Assembly: GCA_963842525.1 (NCBI GenBank)
Contig: CAWJGT010000020.1
Coordinates: 32,001-96,000 of the forward strand
DNA length: 64,000 nt
Direction: 5' to 3'
Source: an uncultured Holophagales bacterium
Lineage (GTDB): Bacteria; Acidobacteriota; Thermoanaerobaculia; Multivoradales; UBA5704
Under the pieces are notes generated by a model. It did not search any database and was not told where the DNA came from. It saw nothing but the letters and a program-made list of their open reading frames with translations. The translations under genes were made by a program, and so were the position numbers. Below, one piece after another: positions 47,616 to 62,936 of the stretch (position 1 is the stretch's first letter; each line of letters begins with the position of its first letter).

Positions 47616-49544
47616 ACGACATGCGCAACCTGAAGCTCTCTGCCGCGGTGTGTCTCGCCGCCATCCTCGCCGGACCCCCCGCCCAGGCCGGCCAGACCCA
47701 GGCCGGTCAGACCGCCGAGGCGGCCGATCTCAAGAGGCTCAGCATCGAGGAGCTGATGCAGATCGACGTCACCTCGGTCTCCCGGCGCGCCGAGCCTTTC
47801 TCCCGGGTCGCCGCGGCCATCTCGGTGATCACCGGCGAGGAGCATCCGTCGCTCGGGCGCCAACAGCCTCCCTGAAGCCTTGCGCCTGACCAACACCCTG
47901 CAAGTCGCCCGCAGCACCCAGGGGAGCTGGGGGATCAGCGCCCGCGGTTTCAACGCCACCACCGCCGACAAGCTGCTCGTCCTGATCGACGGCCGCAGCG
48001 TCTATACGCCGCTGTTCTCCGGCGTCTTCTGGGACGTGCAGGACGTGCTCCTGGAGGACATCGAAAGGATCGAGGTCATCCGCGGCCCCGGGGCGACTCT
48101 GTGGGGTGCGAACGCGGTCAACGGCGTCATCAACATCATCACCAAACGGGCCGAGGACACCCAGGGAGGGCTGGCGGTCGCCGGCGGCGGCACGGAGGAA
48201 AAGGTGTTCGGCGCGGCCCGCTACGGCGGCACGGTGGGCGACCGTGGCCATTTCCGGGTCTACGGCAAGCACTCCGAGCGCGATGCGCTCGTCTTCGTCA
48301 CCGGCGAGGATGCCCGCGATCCGATGCATCTAAGCCAGGGCGGCTTCCGCACCGACTGGCGGACCTCGGAGGCCGATTCCTTCACCGTGCAGGGAGACGC
48401 CTACACCGGCAAACTCGGCGCGGCAATCCGGGACGACACCGATCTCGACGGCGGCAACCTGCTCGGCCGCTGGAGCCGCCGCTTCTCCGAGCAGTCCGCT
48501 CTGGAGGTACAGGTCTACTGGGACCGCACGCACCGCCGCATCCCGGGCCTGTTCGAGGAGCACCGCGACACCGTGGACCTCGACGTGCAGCAGACCCTCC
48601 GCCCGCGCGAACGGCACGAGGTGATCTGGGGGCTCGGCGTGCGCCGCACGCGCGACCGGGTGGGCAACAGCCCGTCCCTCGCCTTCCTGCCGGCGCGCCG
48701 GGAGCAGGACCTCTTCAGCCTCTTCGCCCAGGACGAGATTGCCCTGCAAGGTGACCGGCTGTACCTGACCCTCGGGACCAAGCTGGAGCACAACGACTCC
48801 ACCGGCCTGGAGGTCCAGCCCAACGTCCGCCTCGCCTGGACGCCGAACGAGCGGCGCACGGTGTGGGGCGCGGTGTCGCGGGCCGTGCGTACCCCGACGC
48901 GCCTCGACGAGGACCTCGTGACCTTCGCGGCCGGCCGGCCGGTCCTCACGGGAAGCCGTGATTTCGAGTCCGAGAAGCTGCTCGCCTATGAGCTCGGCTA
49001 CCGGTCGCACATCAACCCGGAAGTCTCGCTCGACGTGGCGGCCTTCTACAACTTCTACGACGACCTGCGCAGCCAGGAGCCCCAGGTGGGCGGTCCGATC
49101 GTCCTGGCCAACAAGCTGAGCGCCGAGGCCTGGGGCGTCGAGGTTCGAGCGAACTTCCAGCCGCTCCCCTGGTGGCGCTCGTACTTGGGCTACGTCTGGT
49201 TCGACAAGGACCTCCACTTCGATCCGGACAGCCGGGACCCGACCGGGGGCGCGGGGGAGGGCAACGATCCCGCGAACCGGGCGATGGTGCGGACGAGCTT
49301 CAACCTGCGCGGCGGCGTCCAGCTCGACGGATTGCTGCGCTGGGTGGACCGCCTGCCGTCTCCGCCTGTGCCGTCCTACCTGGCCCTGGACCTGCGCGTG
49401 GGCTGGCGTCCCGTGCGTTCGCTGGAGCTCTCTCTGGTGGGCCAGAGCCTGCTGGAGGACAGCCATGCGGAGTTCGGCCCGGCCACCCCCCAGCGCGAAG
49501 AGGTCGAGCGCAGCGTCTACGGGAAGCTGACATGGTCGTTCTGA
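47612..49544 (+). CDS. TonB-dependent receptor, frameshifted near 47845-47875
   Basis: Signal peptide; LSIEELMQIDVTSVS; plug LVLIDGR and IERIEVIRGPGATLWGANAVNGVINIITK; C-terminal Phe. Confidence 0.88.
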
Positions 49545-50083
49545 GGGCGCGAGCCCTGGCGCTGCTCGCCGCGCTGCTGTACTTCTCGGGAAGGGCGGCG
49601 GCGCAGCCGGGCGTGTATCAGGAGTACGACGTCAAGGCGGCCTTCCTCTACAATTTTGCGAAGTTCGTCGAGTGGCCGCCCGACGCTCTCGGAAGCCCCG
49701 AGGAGCCGATGGAGATCTGCGTCTTCGGGGACGATCCGTTCGGCGAGAGCCTGGACGCCGTCGTCCGTGGTGAAACCCTGAACGGCCGCCGGCTCGTCGT
49801 CCGCCGGACGCGCAGCCTCGCGGACCTGCGCGACTGCCAGGCCGTCTTCCTCCCGGGCGCGGAGAGAAGCCGGCTCGCCGAGGCCCTCGCCACCCTGCGG
49901 GGCGCCAGCGTCCTTACGGTCGGGGAGGTGGACGGGTTCCTTTCCCAGGGGGGAATGATCCGTTTCGTCCTCGACCAGGGCCGGGTCCGCTTCGAGATCA
50001 ACCAGGAAGCTGCGGAGCGCGGCGGGCTCAAGCTGAGCTCGAAGCTGCTGCGTCTGGCCCGCGCGGTCTACCCCGAACGCTAG
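49532..50083 (+). CDS. YfiR/DUF4154 family periplasmic protein
   Basis: EYDVKAAFLYNFAKFVEWP, VLTVGE, RVRFEIN, LSSKLLRLA. Confidence 0.9.
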   Translation: MVVLRARALALLAALLYFSGRAAAQPGVYQEYDVKAAFLYNFAKFVEWPPDALGSPEEPMEICVFGDDPFGESLDAVVRGETLNGRRLVVRRTRSLADLRDCQAVFLPGAERSRLAEALATLRGASVLTVGEVDGFLSQGGMIRFVLDQGRVRFEINQEAAERGGLKLSSKLLRLARAVYPER

Positions 50084-50093
50084 GAGCGCCCTC

Positions 50094-51617
50094 TTGCCCG
50101 ACCTCCTGCTGCGCAACATCCCGATCCGCCGGAAGATCGTCCTGATCATCATGCTGGCGACCGGCGGCGCCCTTCTGCTGGCGGGTGTGGCGCTGATCGC
50201 CTCGGAGCTGCGGCGCTTCCGCCGCGAGATGGAGGACGACCTGAAGACGATGGCGGAGATCATCGCGCACAACAGCACCGCCGCCCTGAGCTTCAGCGAT
50301 CCGGCGGCGGCGGCGGAGACCCTGGCGGTCCTGCGCAAGAAGCCTTCGATCAAGAGCGCGGCCGTCTATGGCCAGGACGGTTACCTGTTCGCCACCTATC
50401 GTCGCGACCAGGGGGGCCGCGAGCCCCCGGCCCGCGCGGGCGCGGACCGCGTGGCCCGCGGCGAGAGCGCGGTCACCCTGTTCCAGCCGATTCTTTTGGA
50501 GGGGCGGAGAATCGGCACCGTCTACCTGGAGAGTGACCTGAGCGAGCTGTATGGCCGGGCCCGCGAGCAGACCCTGACGGTGACGGCGGTCTTCGTGGTC
50601 TCGGGGCTCGCGGCCCTGGTGTTCTCCTCCGGCCTCCAGCGCGTGATCTCGAAACCGATCCTGGAGCTGGCCGGGACCGCCCGCGCCGTCTCCGAGCGCA
50701 AGGACTTCTCGATCCGTGCGCACCGGCAGAGTGGCGACGAGCTGGGCCGGCTGGTCGACGCCTTCAACGAGATGCTGGAGCAGATCCAGGCGCGCGATTC
50801 GGAGCTGCTGCAAGCCAAGGAAGGGCTCGAGCGGCGGGTCGAGGAGCGCACCGTCGCCCTGCGTCACGAGCTCGCCGACCGGCTGCGGGCCGAGCGGGAG
50901 CTGGAGGAGAAGAACGCCGCGCTGGAACGGAGCAACCAGGACCTCGACGACTTCTCCTACATCGCCTCGCACGACCTCAAGGAGCCCCTGCGCGGGATCC
51001 ACAACTTCTCCGCCTTCCTGCTGGAGGACTACGCCGACAAGCTCGACGACGAGGGGCGCTCGCGCCTCGAGACCCTGACCCGCCTCAGCCGGCGCATGGA
51101 GGATTTGATCGACTCGCTCCTCCACTTCTCCCGCCTGGGGCGGGCCGACCTGGCGATCGACGAGGTGGACCTGAACGGCGTGGCAGCCGAGGTGGTCGAC
51201 GCGCTCGGCATCAACCTGCAGGAGAGCCGGGCCGAGGTCCGGATACCCCGGCCGCTGCCTACCGTGCGCTGCGACCGCGTGCGGGTGCGGGAGCTGTACC
51301 ACAACCTGGTCGTCAACGCGATGAAGTACAACGACAAGCCGGAGAAGTGGATCGAGATCGGTTACAGTGACGACGGTGCCGGCAGTCCGCCGACCTTCTA
51401 TGTCCGCGACAACGGCATCGGCATCCAGGAGAAGCACTTCGACTCGATCTTCCGTATCTTCAAAAGGCTGCACGGCCGGGACAAGTTCGGCGGCGGCACC
51501 GGCGCGGGCCTGACGATCGTCAAGAAGATCGTCGAGCGGCACAACGGCCGCATCTGGGTCGACTCGGCCTGGGGCGAAGGCACGACGATCCATTTCACCC
51601 TGGACAAGGAGGCCTGA
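50094..51617 (+). CDS. Membrane sensor histidine kinase (CHASE8-like, HAMP, HisKA, HATPase)
   Basis: Two TM segments, AALSFSD, DELGRLVDAFNEML, SHDLKEPLR, GTGAGL. Confidence 0.9.
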   Translation: MPDLLLRNIPIRRKIVLIIMLATGGALLLAGVALIASELRRFRREMEDDLKTMAEIIAHNSTAALSFSDPAAAAETLAVLRKKPSIKSAAVYGQDGYLFATYRRDQGGREPPARAGADRVARGESAVTLFQPILLEGRRIGTVYLESDLSELYGRAREQTLTVTAVFVVSGLAALVFSSGLQRVISKPILELAGTARAVSERKDFSIRAHRQSGDELGRLVDAFNEMLEQIQARDSELLQAKEGLERRVEERTVALRHELADRLRAERELEEKNAALERSNQDLDDFSYIASHDLKEPLRGIHNFSAFLLEDYADKLDDEGRSRLETLTRLSRRMEDLIDSLLHFSRLGRADLAIDEVDLNGVAAEVVDALGINLQESRAEVRIPRPLPTVRCDRVRVRELYHNLVVNAMKYNDKPEKWIEIGYSDDGAGSPPTFYVRDNGIGIQEKHFDSIFRIFKRLHGRDKFGGGTGAGLTIVKKIVERHNGRIWVDSAWGEGTTIHFTLDKEA

Positions 51618-52064
51618 GTGCGTACGCCGAATCAACCGATCCTGCTCGTCGAGGACAGCCCGGAAGACTTCGAGGCCACGGTGCGGGCCTTCAAGAAGTC
51701 GGGGTTGAAGAACCCCATCGTCCGTTGCGAGGACGGCGACGGAGCCCTCGACTACCTCTACCGGCGCGGCCCCTGGGCCGACCCGGAGGAGTCGCCCCGC
51801 CCGGGGGTGATCCTGCTCGACCTGAACCTCCCCGGCACGGACGGGCGCGAAGTCCTGACCGAGATCAAGAAGCACGACCAGCTCCGCCACATCCCGGTCA
51901 TCGTCCTGACCACCTCCAACGACCAGCGGGATGTGGAAGCCTGCTATCAGGCAGGCGCCAACAGCTACATTCAGAAGCCGGTGGACATGGACGGCTTCCT
52001 CAAGGCCATCGAGCGGCTCAACGGCTACTGGTTCGAGGTCGTGGTCCTGCCCCGAGGGGACTGA
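51618..52064 (+). CDS. Single-domain response regulator (Rcp1-like)
   Basis: ILLVEDS, LLDLNLP, VLTTS, GANSYIQKP. Confidence 0.92.
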   Translation: MRTPNQPILLVEDSPEDFEATVRAFKKSGLKNPIVRCEDGDGALDYLYRRGPWADPEESPRPGVILLDLNLPGTDGREVLTEIKKHDQLRHIPVIVLTTSNDQRDVEACYQAGANSYIQKPVDMDGFLKAIERLNGYWFEVVVLPRGD

Positions 52065-52081
52065 TGGGACCGAGGGGACCG

Positions 52082-53850
<1,769 letters not shown>

Positions 53851-53851
<1 letters not shown>

Positions 53852-53930
53852 AAGACCACAAGGACGGCAAGGACCACAAGGACGCCCTTTTCATTGTCGT
53901 CCTTTGGGTCTTGCTGTCCTTTTCGTCCTT
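53851..53930. repeat. Hairpin built from tandem 9-mers: (AAGGACnnn)x4 - loop - (nnnGTCCTT)x4
   Basis: aaagaccac aaggacggc aaggaccac aaggacgcc ... gtcgtcctt tgggtctt gctgtcctt ttcgtcctt. Confidence 0.8.
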
Positions 53931-53967
53931 GAGCGGGGCCACCCCGGCGGCGGGGTATATTGCCCCC

Positions 53968-54942
53968 ATGCCCGCCTCACCCCCTGCCCCCATCCTTGCC
54001 ATCGTCGGCGCCACGGCCACTGGCAAGAGCGCCCTGGGGATGTTCCTGGCCGAGGAGCTCGGCGGCGAGATCGTCAGCGCCGACGCGCTCCAGGCCTACC
54101 GGGGGTTCGACATCGGCACGGCCAAACCGGGGCCGGAGGAGCGGGCGCGGGTCCCGCACCACCTGATCGACATCCTGGAGCCGCACGAGCGCTACTCGGC
54201 CGGAGAGTTCGCGCGGCGGGCCCGCGCAGCCATCGCCGGCATCCAGGCCCGCGGCCGGCTGCCGCTCGTGGTGGGGGGGAGCGGCCTCTACCTGCGCGCC
54301 CTCTTCGCGGGGATCAGCCCGACCCCGCCGGGCGATTCAGCGGTGCGGCAAAGGCTCCACGAGCGCCTGGCGGAGGAGGGGCTGGAGGCGCTGACCCGCG
54401 AGCTGGAAAGGGTCGATCCGGCCACCGCGGAGCGGCTCGCGACGGGAGACACCCAGCGCGTCCTGCGCGCTCTGGAGGTGGCCGAAGTGAGCGGAGAGCC
54501 GCTCTCCGCCTGGATTTCGCGCCAACCCTTTGGGATTCAGCGGATTGCGGCAGACCATGTCGGATTGACGCTTCCGCGGAGCATCCTATACGATCGAATC
54601 GCGAGCCGCGTGGCTCGGATGATGGACGCAGGCTGGCTTGGCGAGGTCGCCCGGCTGCGGAGCCGGGGCCTCGATCCCGGCCTTCCTGCGTTCCAGGCCA
54701 TTGGGTACAGGCAGCTAGCCCGTTATGTGAAGGAGGAAGAGGAATGGTCCCTCGATCGAGCCATCGCCGAGACGATTCGAGCGACCTGCCGCTTCGCCAA
54801 ACGACAGGAGACCTGGTTTCGGAAGGAATCCGATATCTCCTCTATTGCCTGGTTCTCGGCCCAGGATATGAACCATCTTTTTCCTAGGGTACTAGAACAT
54901 GTCAAATCCAGGGGTCTCGGGAGGTGGAGGGCGTATGGCTAA
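53968..54942 (+). CDS. miaA: tRNA dimethylallyltransferase
   Basis: GATATGKS, EIVSADALQ, DIGTAKP, PHHLID, VGGSGLY, AIGY, FAKRQETWF. Confidence 0.95.
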   Translation: MPASPPAPILAIVGATATGKSALGMFLAEELGGEIVSADALQAYRGFDIGTAKPGPEERARVPHHLIDILEPHERYSAGEFARRARAAIAGIQARGRLPLVVGGSGLYLRALFAGISPTPPGDSAVRQRLHERLAEEGLEALTRELERVDPATAERLATGDTQRVLRALEVAEVSGEPLSAWISRQPFGIQRIAADHVGLTLPRSILYDRIASRVARMMDAGWLGEVARLRSRGLDPGLPAFQAIGYRQLARYVKEEEEWSLDRAIAETIRATCRFAKRQETWFRKESDISSIAWFSAQDMNHLFPRVLEHVKSRGLGRWRAYG

Positions 54943-55153
54943 GCACAACATCAACATTCAAGACGGCTATCTGTTCCAGAGCCTGAAGGAGGGGCAGACG
55001 ATGTACCTGGAGCTGGTGACCGGGAAACCGCTCCTGGGGCGTCTGAAGCGCTTCGATCGCTTCGCCGTGGTGATCGAGAGCGAAGGGAAAGAGATCCTGA
55101 TCTACAAGCATGCGATCGCGACCATTGCCGCAGCGCCTCATCCTGCGGCGTAG
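54935..55153 (+). CDS. hfq: RNA chaperone Hfq
   Basis: NIQD, FDRF, IYKHAI; directly after miaA. Confidence 0.92.
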   Translation: MAKHNINIQDGYLFQSLKEGQTMYLELVTGKPLLGRLKRFDRFAVVIESEGKEILIYKHAIATIAAAPHPAA

Positions 55154-56492
55154 CGCGACAGCCGCCGTCCTCCTGGCCCTTCTGGAGGTCTGGCTCGGGG
55201 CCTGTATACCCCGGCCCGCGTCGGCACCGCCCACCCGACAGCCCGAAAAGCCGCCGGAGCTGGCGCTTGCGCGCCAGGAGAGGGCCTATCTCCTCGACCC
55301 CCTGGAGGGCTATCCCCAGGAGGTCGATCCGGTCCGCCGCGAGCGCCTCGAGCGGGCCACCCGCGCCTTGCTCACGGGCGACCTCGAGGCCGTCCGGGAG
55401 ACCGCGGCCGAGCTCCTGGACGTGGACCCCGGCTTTGCCCCGGCCCACGTCCTGGCGGCGCAGGCCGACTTCGCCGAGGGCCGCCATCGCGGAGTAGTGA
55501 GCCGTCTGCTGCCGGTCGGCGACCAGACGCCGGGCTATGTCGCGAGCCAGCTCCTTTTCGGCCGCGCGGCCGAAAAGGAGGGGGACCTCCCCCTCGCCTA
55601 TGCCGCCTATCGCGCCATCGCCACCCGCAACCAGCTCGCCTTCCAACGGCTGGGCGAGCTCCACCCGCGTACCATCGAGATCCTCGCCAACCGGCTGAAC
55701 GAGGCGCTGCGTACCGGGCACACCGAGGAGGCGGACAAGCACCTCGCCCTGCTGCGGAGCTGGGGGCCCTCGGAGACCGCGACCCTGGAGGGCGCGCGTG
55801 CCGTGGCCGTGGCGCGCGCCGACCCGAAAGCCGAGCTGGCGGCCGTCAAGGAGCTCTCGCGCCGCAAGCCGGGCGACCGGCCGCTGCTGGAACGGCGGGC
55901 GGACCTCGAGCTGACGGTGGGCGACCCCGGCGCCGGGCTGGAGATCATCCAGGGCCTCGCGGCACAGCACCCCAGGGACCCGGCGCTGGCCGAAAAGCTG
56001 GACGCCGCCAAATTCCTCTGGCGCCTCTCGCTGCTGCCGAAGGCGGTCCAGGAGGTGGCGGCGAAGCCCGCGCTCAACCGGGCGGGCTTCGCCGTGCTGC
56101 TCTACTGGCTGGTGCCGAGCGTGCGCTACGCGCGCCCGAACGCCGGCCGGATCGCGACCGACGTGCTCGACCATCCGCAACAGGAGGAGATCGTCCGGGT
56201 GCTCAACCTCGGGCTGATGGACGTGGACTCGACCCTGCACCGCTTCTCCCCCTCGGCAACGATCCGCCGGGGCACCGCGCTGCGCAGCCTCGTCCGCCTG
56301 CTCTCCGGCTCCGGGCAGGCCATCCCCTGCCTGGGCGGGGCCAGGCCCTCGTCGCAAAGCGGTGTCTGTACGACTGCTGCGGCCTGCGGTCTGGTCCCGC
56401 AGGGAGAGGACTGCGACACCGGGACGGCCCTGTCGGGCTTCGAGGCGGTGGAGCTCATCCGGCGCACACAGAAGCTCCTGGGCGGCTCGTGA
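55110..56492 (+). CDS. Putative TPR lipoprotein (start uncertain)
   Basis: Hydrophobic stretch ending in LGAC (lipobox-like); helical TPR-like repeats. Confidence 0.65.
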   Translation: MRSRPLPQRLILRRSATAAVLLALLEVWLGACIPRPASAPPTRQPEKPPELALARQERAYLLDPLEGYPQEVDPVRRERLERATRALLTGDLEAVRETAAELLDVDPGFAPAHVLAAQADFAEGRHRGVVSRLLPVGDQTPGYVASQLLFGRAAEKEGDLPLAYAAYRAIATRNQLAFQRLGELHPRTIEILANRLNEALRTGHTEEADKHLALLRSWGPSETATLEGARAVAVARADPKAELAAVKELSRRKPGDRPLLERRADLELTVGDPGAGLEIIQGLAAQHPRDPALAEKLDAAKFLWRLSLLPKAVQEVAAKPALNRAGFAVLLYWLVPSVRYARPNAGRIATDVLDHPQQEEIVRVLNLGLMDVDSTLHRFSPSATIRRGTALRSLVRLLSGSGQAIPCLGGARPSSQSGVCTTAAACGLVPQGEDCDTGTALSGFEAVELIRRTQKLLGGS

Positions 56493-57043
56493 CCTTCACC
56501 ATCCCGAACCTCCTCTCGCTGCTGCGCATGGGGCTGGTGCCCCTGTTCATCATCGCCGTCCTCGACGGCGAGCTGCGCAAGGCCTTCCTGGTCTTCCTGG
56601 TGGCCGGGATCACCGACGCGCTGGACGGCTTCATCGCCCGCTTCGCCAACCAGCAGTCGCTGCTCGGCGCCTACCTCGACCCGATCGCCGACAAGATGCT
56701 GCTGACCTCGGCCTATGTGACCCTGGCGATCCCGAGCCTGAACCACGGCGCGCCCATCCCGATCTGGATCACGGTCCTGGTGATCGCCCGCGACGTGCTG
56801 ATCCTGGTGATGGCGCTGGTCTTCTACCTGGCGGCCGGAGTGCGGAAGTTCCCGCCCTCGATCCTGAGCAAGATCACGACGGCGGTCCAGGTGATCGCGG
56901 TCGTGCTGGTCCTGACCTCGGCCTTCTGGCCCGGCCTTGAGCCGGTGGCCACCTGGCTCCTCTTCCTGGTGGCCCTGCTCACCGTCGCCTCGGGCCTCGC
57001 CTACGTCGTCCGCGCCCCCAGGCTGCTCGCAGGAAACGCCTAG
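56489..57043 (+). CDS. CDP-alcohol phosphatidyltransferase (PgsA-like)
   Basis: TIPNLLSLLR, TDALDGFIAR, LGAYLDPIADK. Confidence 0.92.
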   Translation: MTFTIPNLLSLLRMGLVPLFIIAVLDGELRKAFLVFLVAGITDALDGFIARFANQQSLLGAYLDPIADKMLLTSAYVTLAIPSLNHGAPIPIWITVLVIARDVLILVMALVFYLAAGVRKFPPSILSKITTAVQVIAVVLVLTSAFWPGLEPVATWLLFLVALLTVASGLAYVVRAPRLLAGNA

Positions 57044-57100
57044 CGGCTCAGCAGCGGGTCGTGCCGAAGGCGCGGAGCGGGTGCAGCATAGAATCTCCGC

Positions 57101-57406
57101 ATGCCCTGCTCCGGCTGCCGCCTCGTTCTTGCCATCCTCCTCGTCGTCTCGATTCTTCTGCCGCAGACACCTTCCGTCGCGGCCGGTGGAGAGGCCTCGC
57201 TCCTCCTGACCGGCGCACGGGTGTGGACGGGCGATCCGGCGCGGCCCTGGGCCGAGGCCGTTGCGGTCGGCGGCGAGCGGATCCTCGCGGTCGGCACTGG
57301 GGCGGAGGTGGCTGCCTACCGCGGGCCGGCCACCCGGGTGATCGACCTTCAAGGCCGCTTCGGCGGCTTGTTTAGATGTGGCTCGAGGATCTCTGCCACG
57401 ATCTGA
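57101..57406 (+). pseudogene. Truncated N-terminus of a secreted YtcJ-like amidohydrolase
   Basis: Signal peptide plus LLLTGARVWTGD..AEAVAV..RILAVG..VIDLQGR; similarity stops near 57360, before the PGFxDxHxH motif. Confidence 0.75.
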
Positions 57407-57653
57407 GTGACCGCAGCGTAGTGAGGATCGGTTGTCAGCAAGACCGAGCCACACTGCATGGCGCCTGCGGCGATCCAGATATCATTTCGTCGGAATTGGA
57501 GAGCCAACTCGACGCAAGGAGTCGGAGAATGAATGCGTAGCGCTCCGCCGTCTCCTCGTCCGACTGCGAGGCTTCCCGGATTCGATGCCGAATTTGCGGA
57601 TGGCCCCTTTTGAAGGCGGAGTAGGCGGAGGTGTCGAGGAAGATCCCGCTCAC
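57349..57653 (-). pseudogene. vapC: VapC/PIN toxin with internal deletion and frameshift
   Basis: IFLDTSAYS..DEETAERYA in one frame and NDIWIAA..LLTTDPHY in another; the central GEL helix region is missing. Confidence 0.75.
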
Positions 57654-57904
57654 TCCCAGAGCTCCGGATCGACCCTGCGCTGCTCGGCCAGAGCGCCCTC
57701 GAAGGCCGCCGCTTCCTCATCAGACCAGGTGCCCGCGAGGTGATCGAGGTCGTGGTGAAGCTCGCGGCTAACGGCCCGCTGTCCCGTGGCTTCCTCCAAC
57801 ATGCGGATGACCGTCCTGTTGAGACTGAGGCCGTATGTACCCGCGCGCCTGCGGATAGTGTCCTGGAGCTTCGGGGGGATGTTGCGCAGAGTGATGGCTG
57901 TCAT
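57650..57904 (-). CDS. Ribbon-helix-helix antitoxin (FitA/VapB-like)
   Basis: MTAITLRNIP..IRRRA..SLN..HDLDHLAGTW; coupled to the PIN gene. Confidence 0.75.
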   Translation of the reverse strand: MTAITLRNIPPKLQDTIRRRAGTYGLSLNRTVIRMLEEATGQRAVSRELHHDLDHLAGTWSDEEAAAFEGALAEQRRVDPELWE

Positions 57905-57930
57905 CACAGGGCTCCTTCCGGTTTCAGGCG

Positions 57931-57962
57931 GCTGCATCACTCCGTGCAGCATGATGCATCAT
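57931..57962. promoter_or_regulatory. Palindromic putative operator upstream of the antitoxin
   Basis: gctgca-N8-tgcagc followed by the perfect palindrome atgatgcatcat. Confidence 0.45.
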
Positions 57963-58036
57963 ACCATGGCGTCCTGGTGAATCATGAGGCCGGGGGGGTG
58001 AGCTTCGGTCTCGTCTTCTGATAACATGCCCCTTGG

Positions 58037-61540
<3,504 letters not shown>

Positions 61541-61644
61541 ACCGTCGTGCAGGAGGAGGATCGAAGGCTCGTCTGGTCCTTGCCTTGTACCGGCGATGCG
61601 CAATAGAATTCTCATCTAGGAACGACTCCGAAAGGGAGCACGCC

Positions 61645-62409
61645 ATGAGCCAGCCAGCCGTCGCGGCACTCGCGCCTCTACCCTTCGAGCTCGTCTACAG
61701 CGACGGGGAACCCTTGGAATCCGAGTGGCATGTTCACCAGTTGCCCCTCCTCTGGGAGGTGATCCGCCAGGCCATGGTGGAACAGGGACGAACCGACTTC
61801 TACATCGGCACCAACATGTTCGTCTACTACTCCCTGGAGCAGGCGCGCGAGGTGGCGCGCGAGGTGGAGGAGAACCTGGAGCCCCGAGCCTTCCGCGGCC
61901 CGGACGTATTCTGGGCGGGCGGCGTTTCCGGGCACATGCGCAAGCTCTGGGCGGCATGGGAGGAAGGCGGGCGCTTGCCCGATGTGATCATCGAGCTGCT
62001 GTCGCCGTCCACCGCGAGGAAAGACCGCACCGAGAAGAAGGATCTCTACGCCCGGGTCTTCCGGACGAAGGAGTACTTCATGGCGGACCCGGAGGCCCGG
62101 AAGCTGGAAGGGTTCGATCTGGCGGGCCGGGCCTATCGGGCGAAGATGCCTGCTGGGCAGGGATGGCTCTGGTGTGAGCAACTCGGGGCCTTCCTCGGAT
62201 TCTGGCACGGTGTCTGGATGGGCGGCGAGGCCGACTGGGTCCGGCTGTTTCGTCCCGACGGCAGCCTGCTGCCGACAGAGGCCGAAGAGGAGCGGCAGAA
62301 GGCCGAAGCGGAGCGGCAGCGGGCCGATTCGGCGGATCAGCGTGCCGAGGCGGCGGAGGCAGAGCTCGCACGCCTGCGCGTTCTTCGAGCAGAGCGCGGC
62401 CGGGGATGA
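61645..62409 (+). CDS. Uma2/DUF820 family putative endonuclease with coiled-coil tail
   Basis: SDGEPLES..H, GPDVF, PDVIIELLSPST..D..EK, EYF; EEERQKAEAERQRA tail; RBS aagggag. Confidence 0.88.
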   Translation: MSQPAVAALAPLPFELVYSDGEPLESEWHVHQLPLLWEVIRQAMVEQGRTDFYIGTNMFVYYSLEQAREVAREVEENLEPRAFRGPDVFWAGGVSGHMRKLWAAWEEGGRLPDVIIELLSPSTARKDRTEKKDLYARVFRTKEYFMADPEARKLEGFDLAGRAYRAKMPAGQGWLWCEQLGAFLGFWHGVWMGGEADWVRLFRPDGSLLPTEAEEERQKAEAERQRADSADQRAEAAEAELARLRVLRAERGRG

Positions 62410-62505
62410 TCTAGCTCAATCCCATGTTTGCGATCGTAGAGGCGAGTCGACGTCCTCCACCGCATGAGGCAGCGGCTCGAGAGGCACCTGAAAGGGCGGA
62501 ACTGT

Positions 62506-62936
62506 GTCTTTATGCCAAAAGCCGTGGCGCTGGCTCTCCGCCACCTGTCTTTGCCGCTCTGCCATGAACGCAGGGCCAGAGGCTTTAGCCGTAGCTTCAC
62601 TGCCATAGATCTTTGGGCCAAAGACCATGGCGGAGAGCCAGAGGTTTTAGTCACAGCTTCACTGCCACGTGTCTTTGCGCCAAAGACCGTGGCGCTGGCT
62701 CTCCGCCACCTGTCTTTGCCGCTCTGCCATGAACGCAGGGCCAGAGGCTTTAGCCGTAGCTTCACTGCCATAGATCTTTGGGCCAAAGACCATGGCGGAG
62801 AGCCAGAGGCTTTAGTCACAGCTTCAATGCCACGTGTCTTTGCGCCAAAGACCGTGGCGCTGGCTCTCCGCCACCTGTCTTTGCCGCTCCGCCATGAACG
62901 CAGCGGCAGAGGCTTTAGCCGCAGCTTCACTGCCAC
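62506..62936. repeat. Near-perfect tandem array, 165-bp period, about 2.6 units, with internal palindromes
   Basis: ccgtggcgctggctctccgcc starts at 62522, 62687 and 62852. Confidence 0.92.

Noticed and set aside
61645-62409. Uma2 nuclease as the mobiliser of the palindromic elements
   Set aside because: Common multicopy family, not flanked by the elements; no RAYT or other transposase is visible in the window.
62506-62936. CRISPR array
   Set aside because: Whole 165-bp units repeat with no unique spacers, and there are no cas genes in the window.
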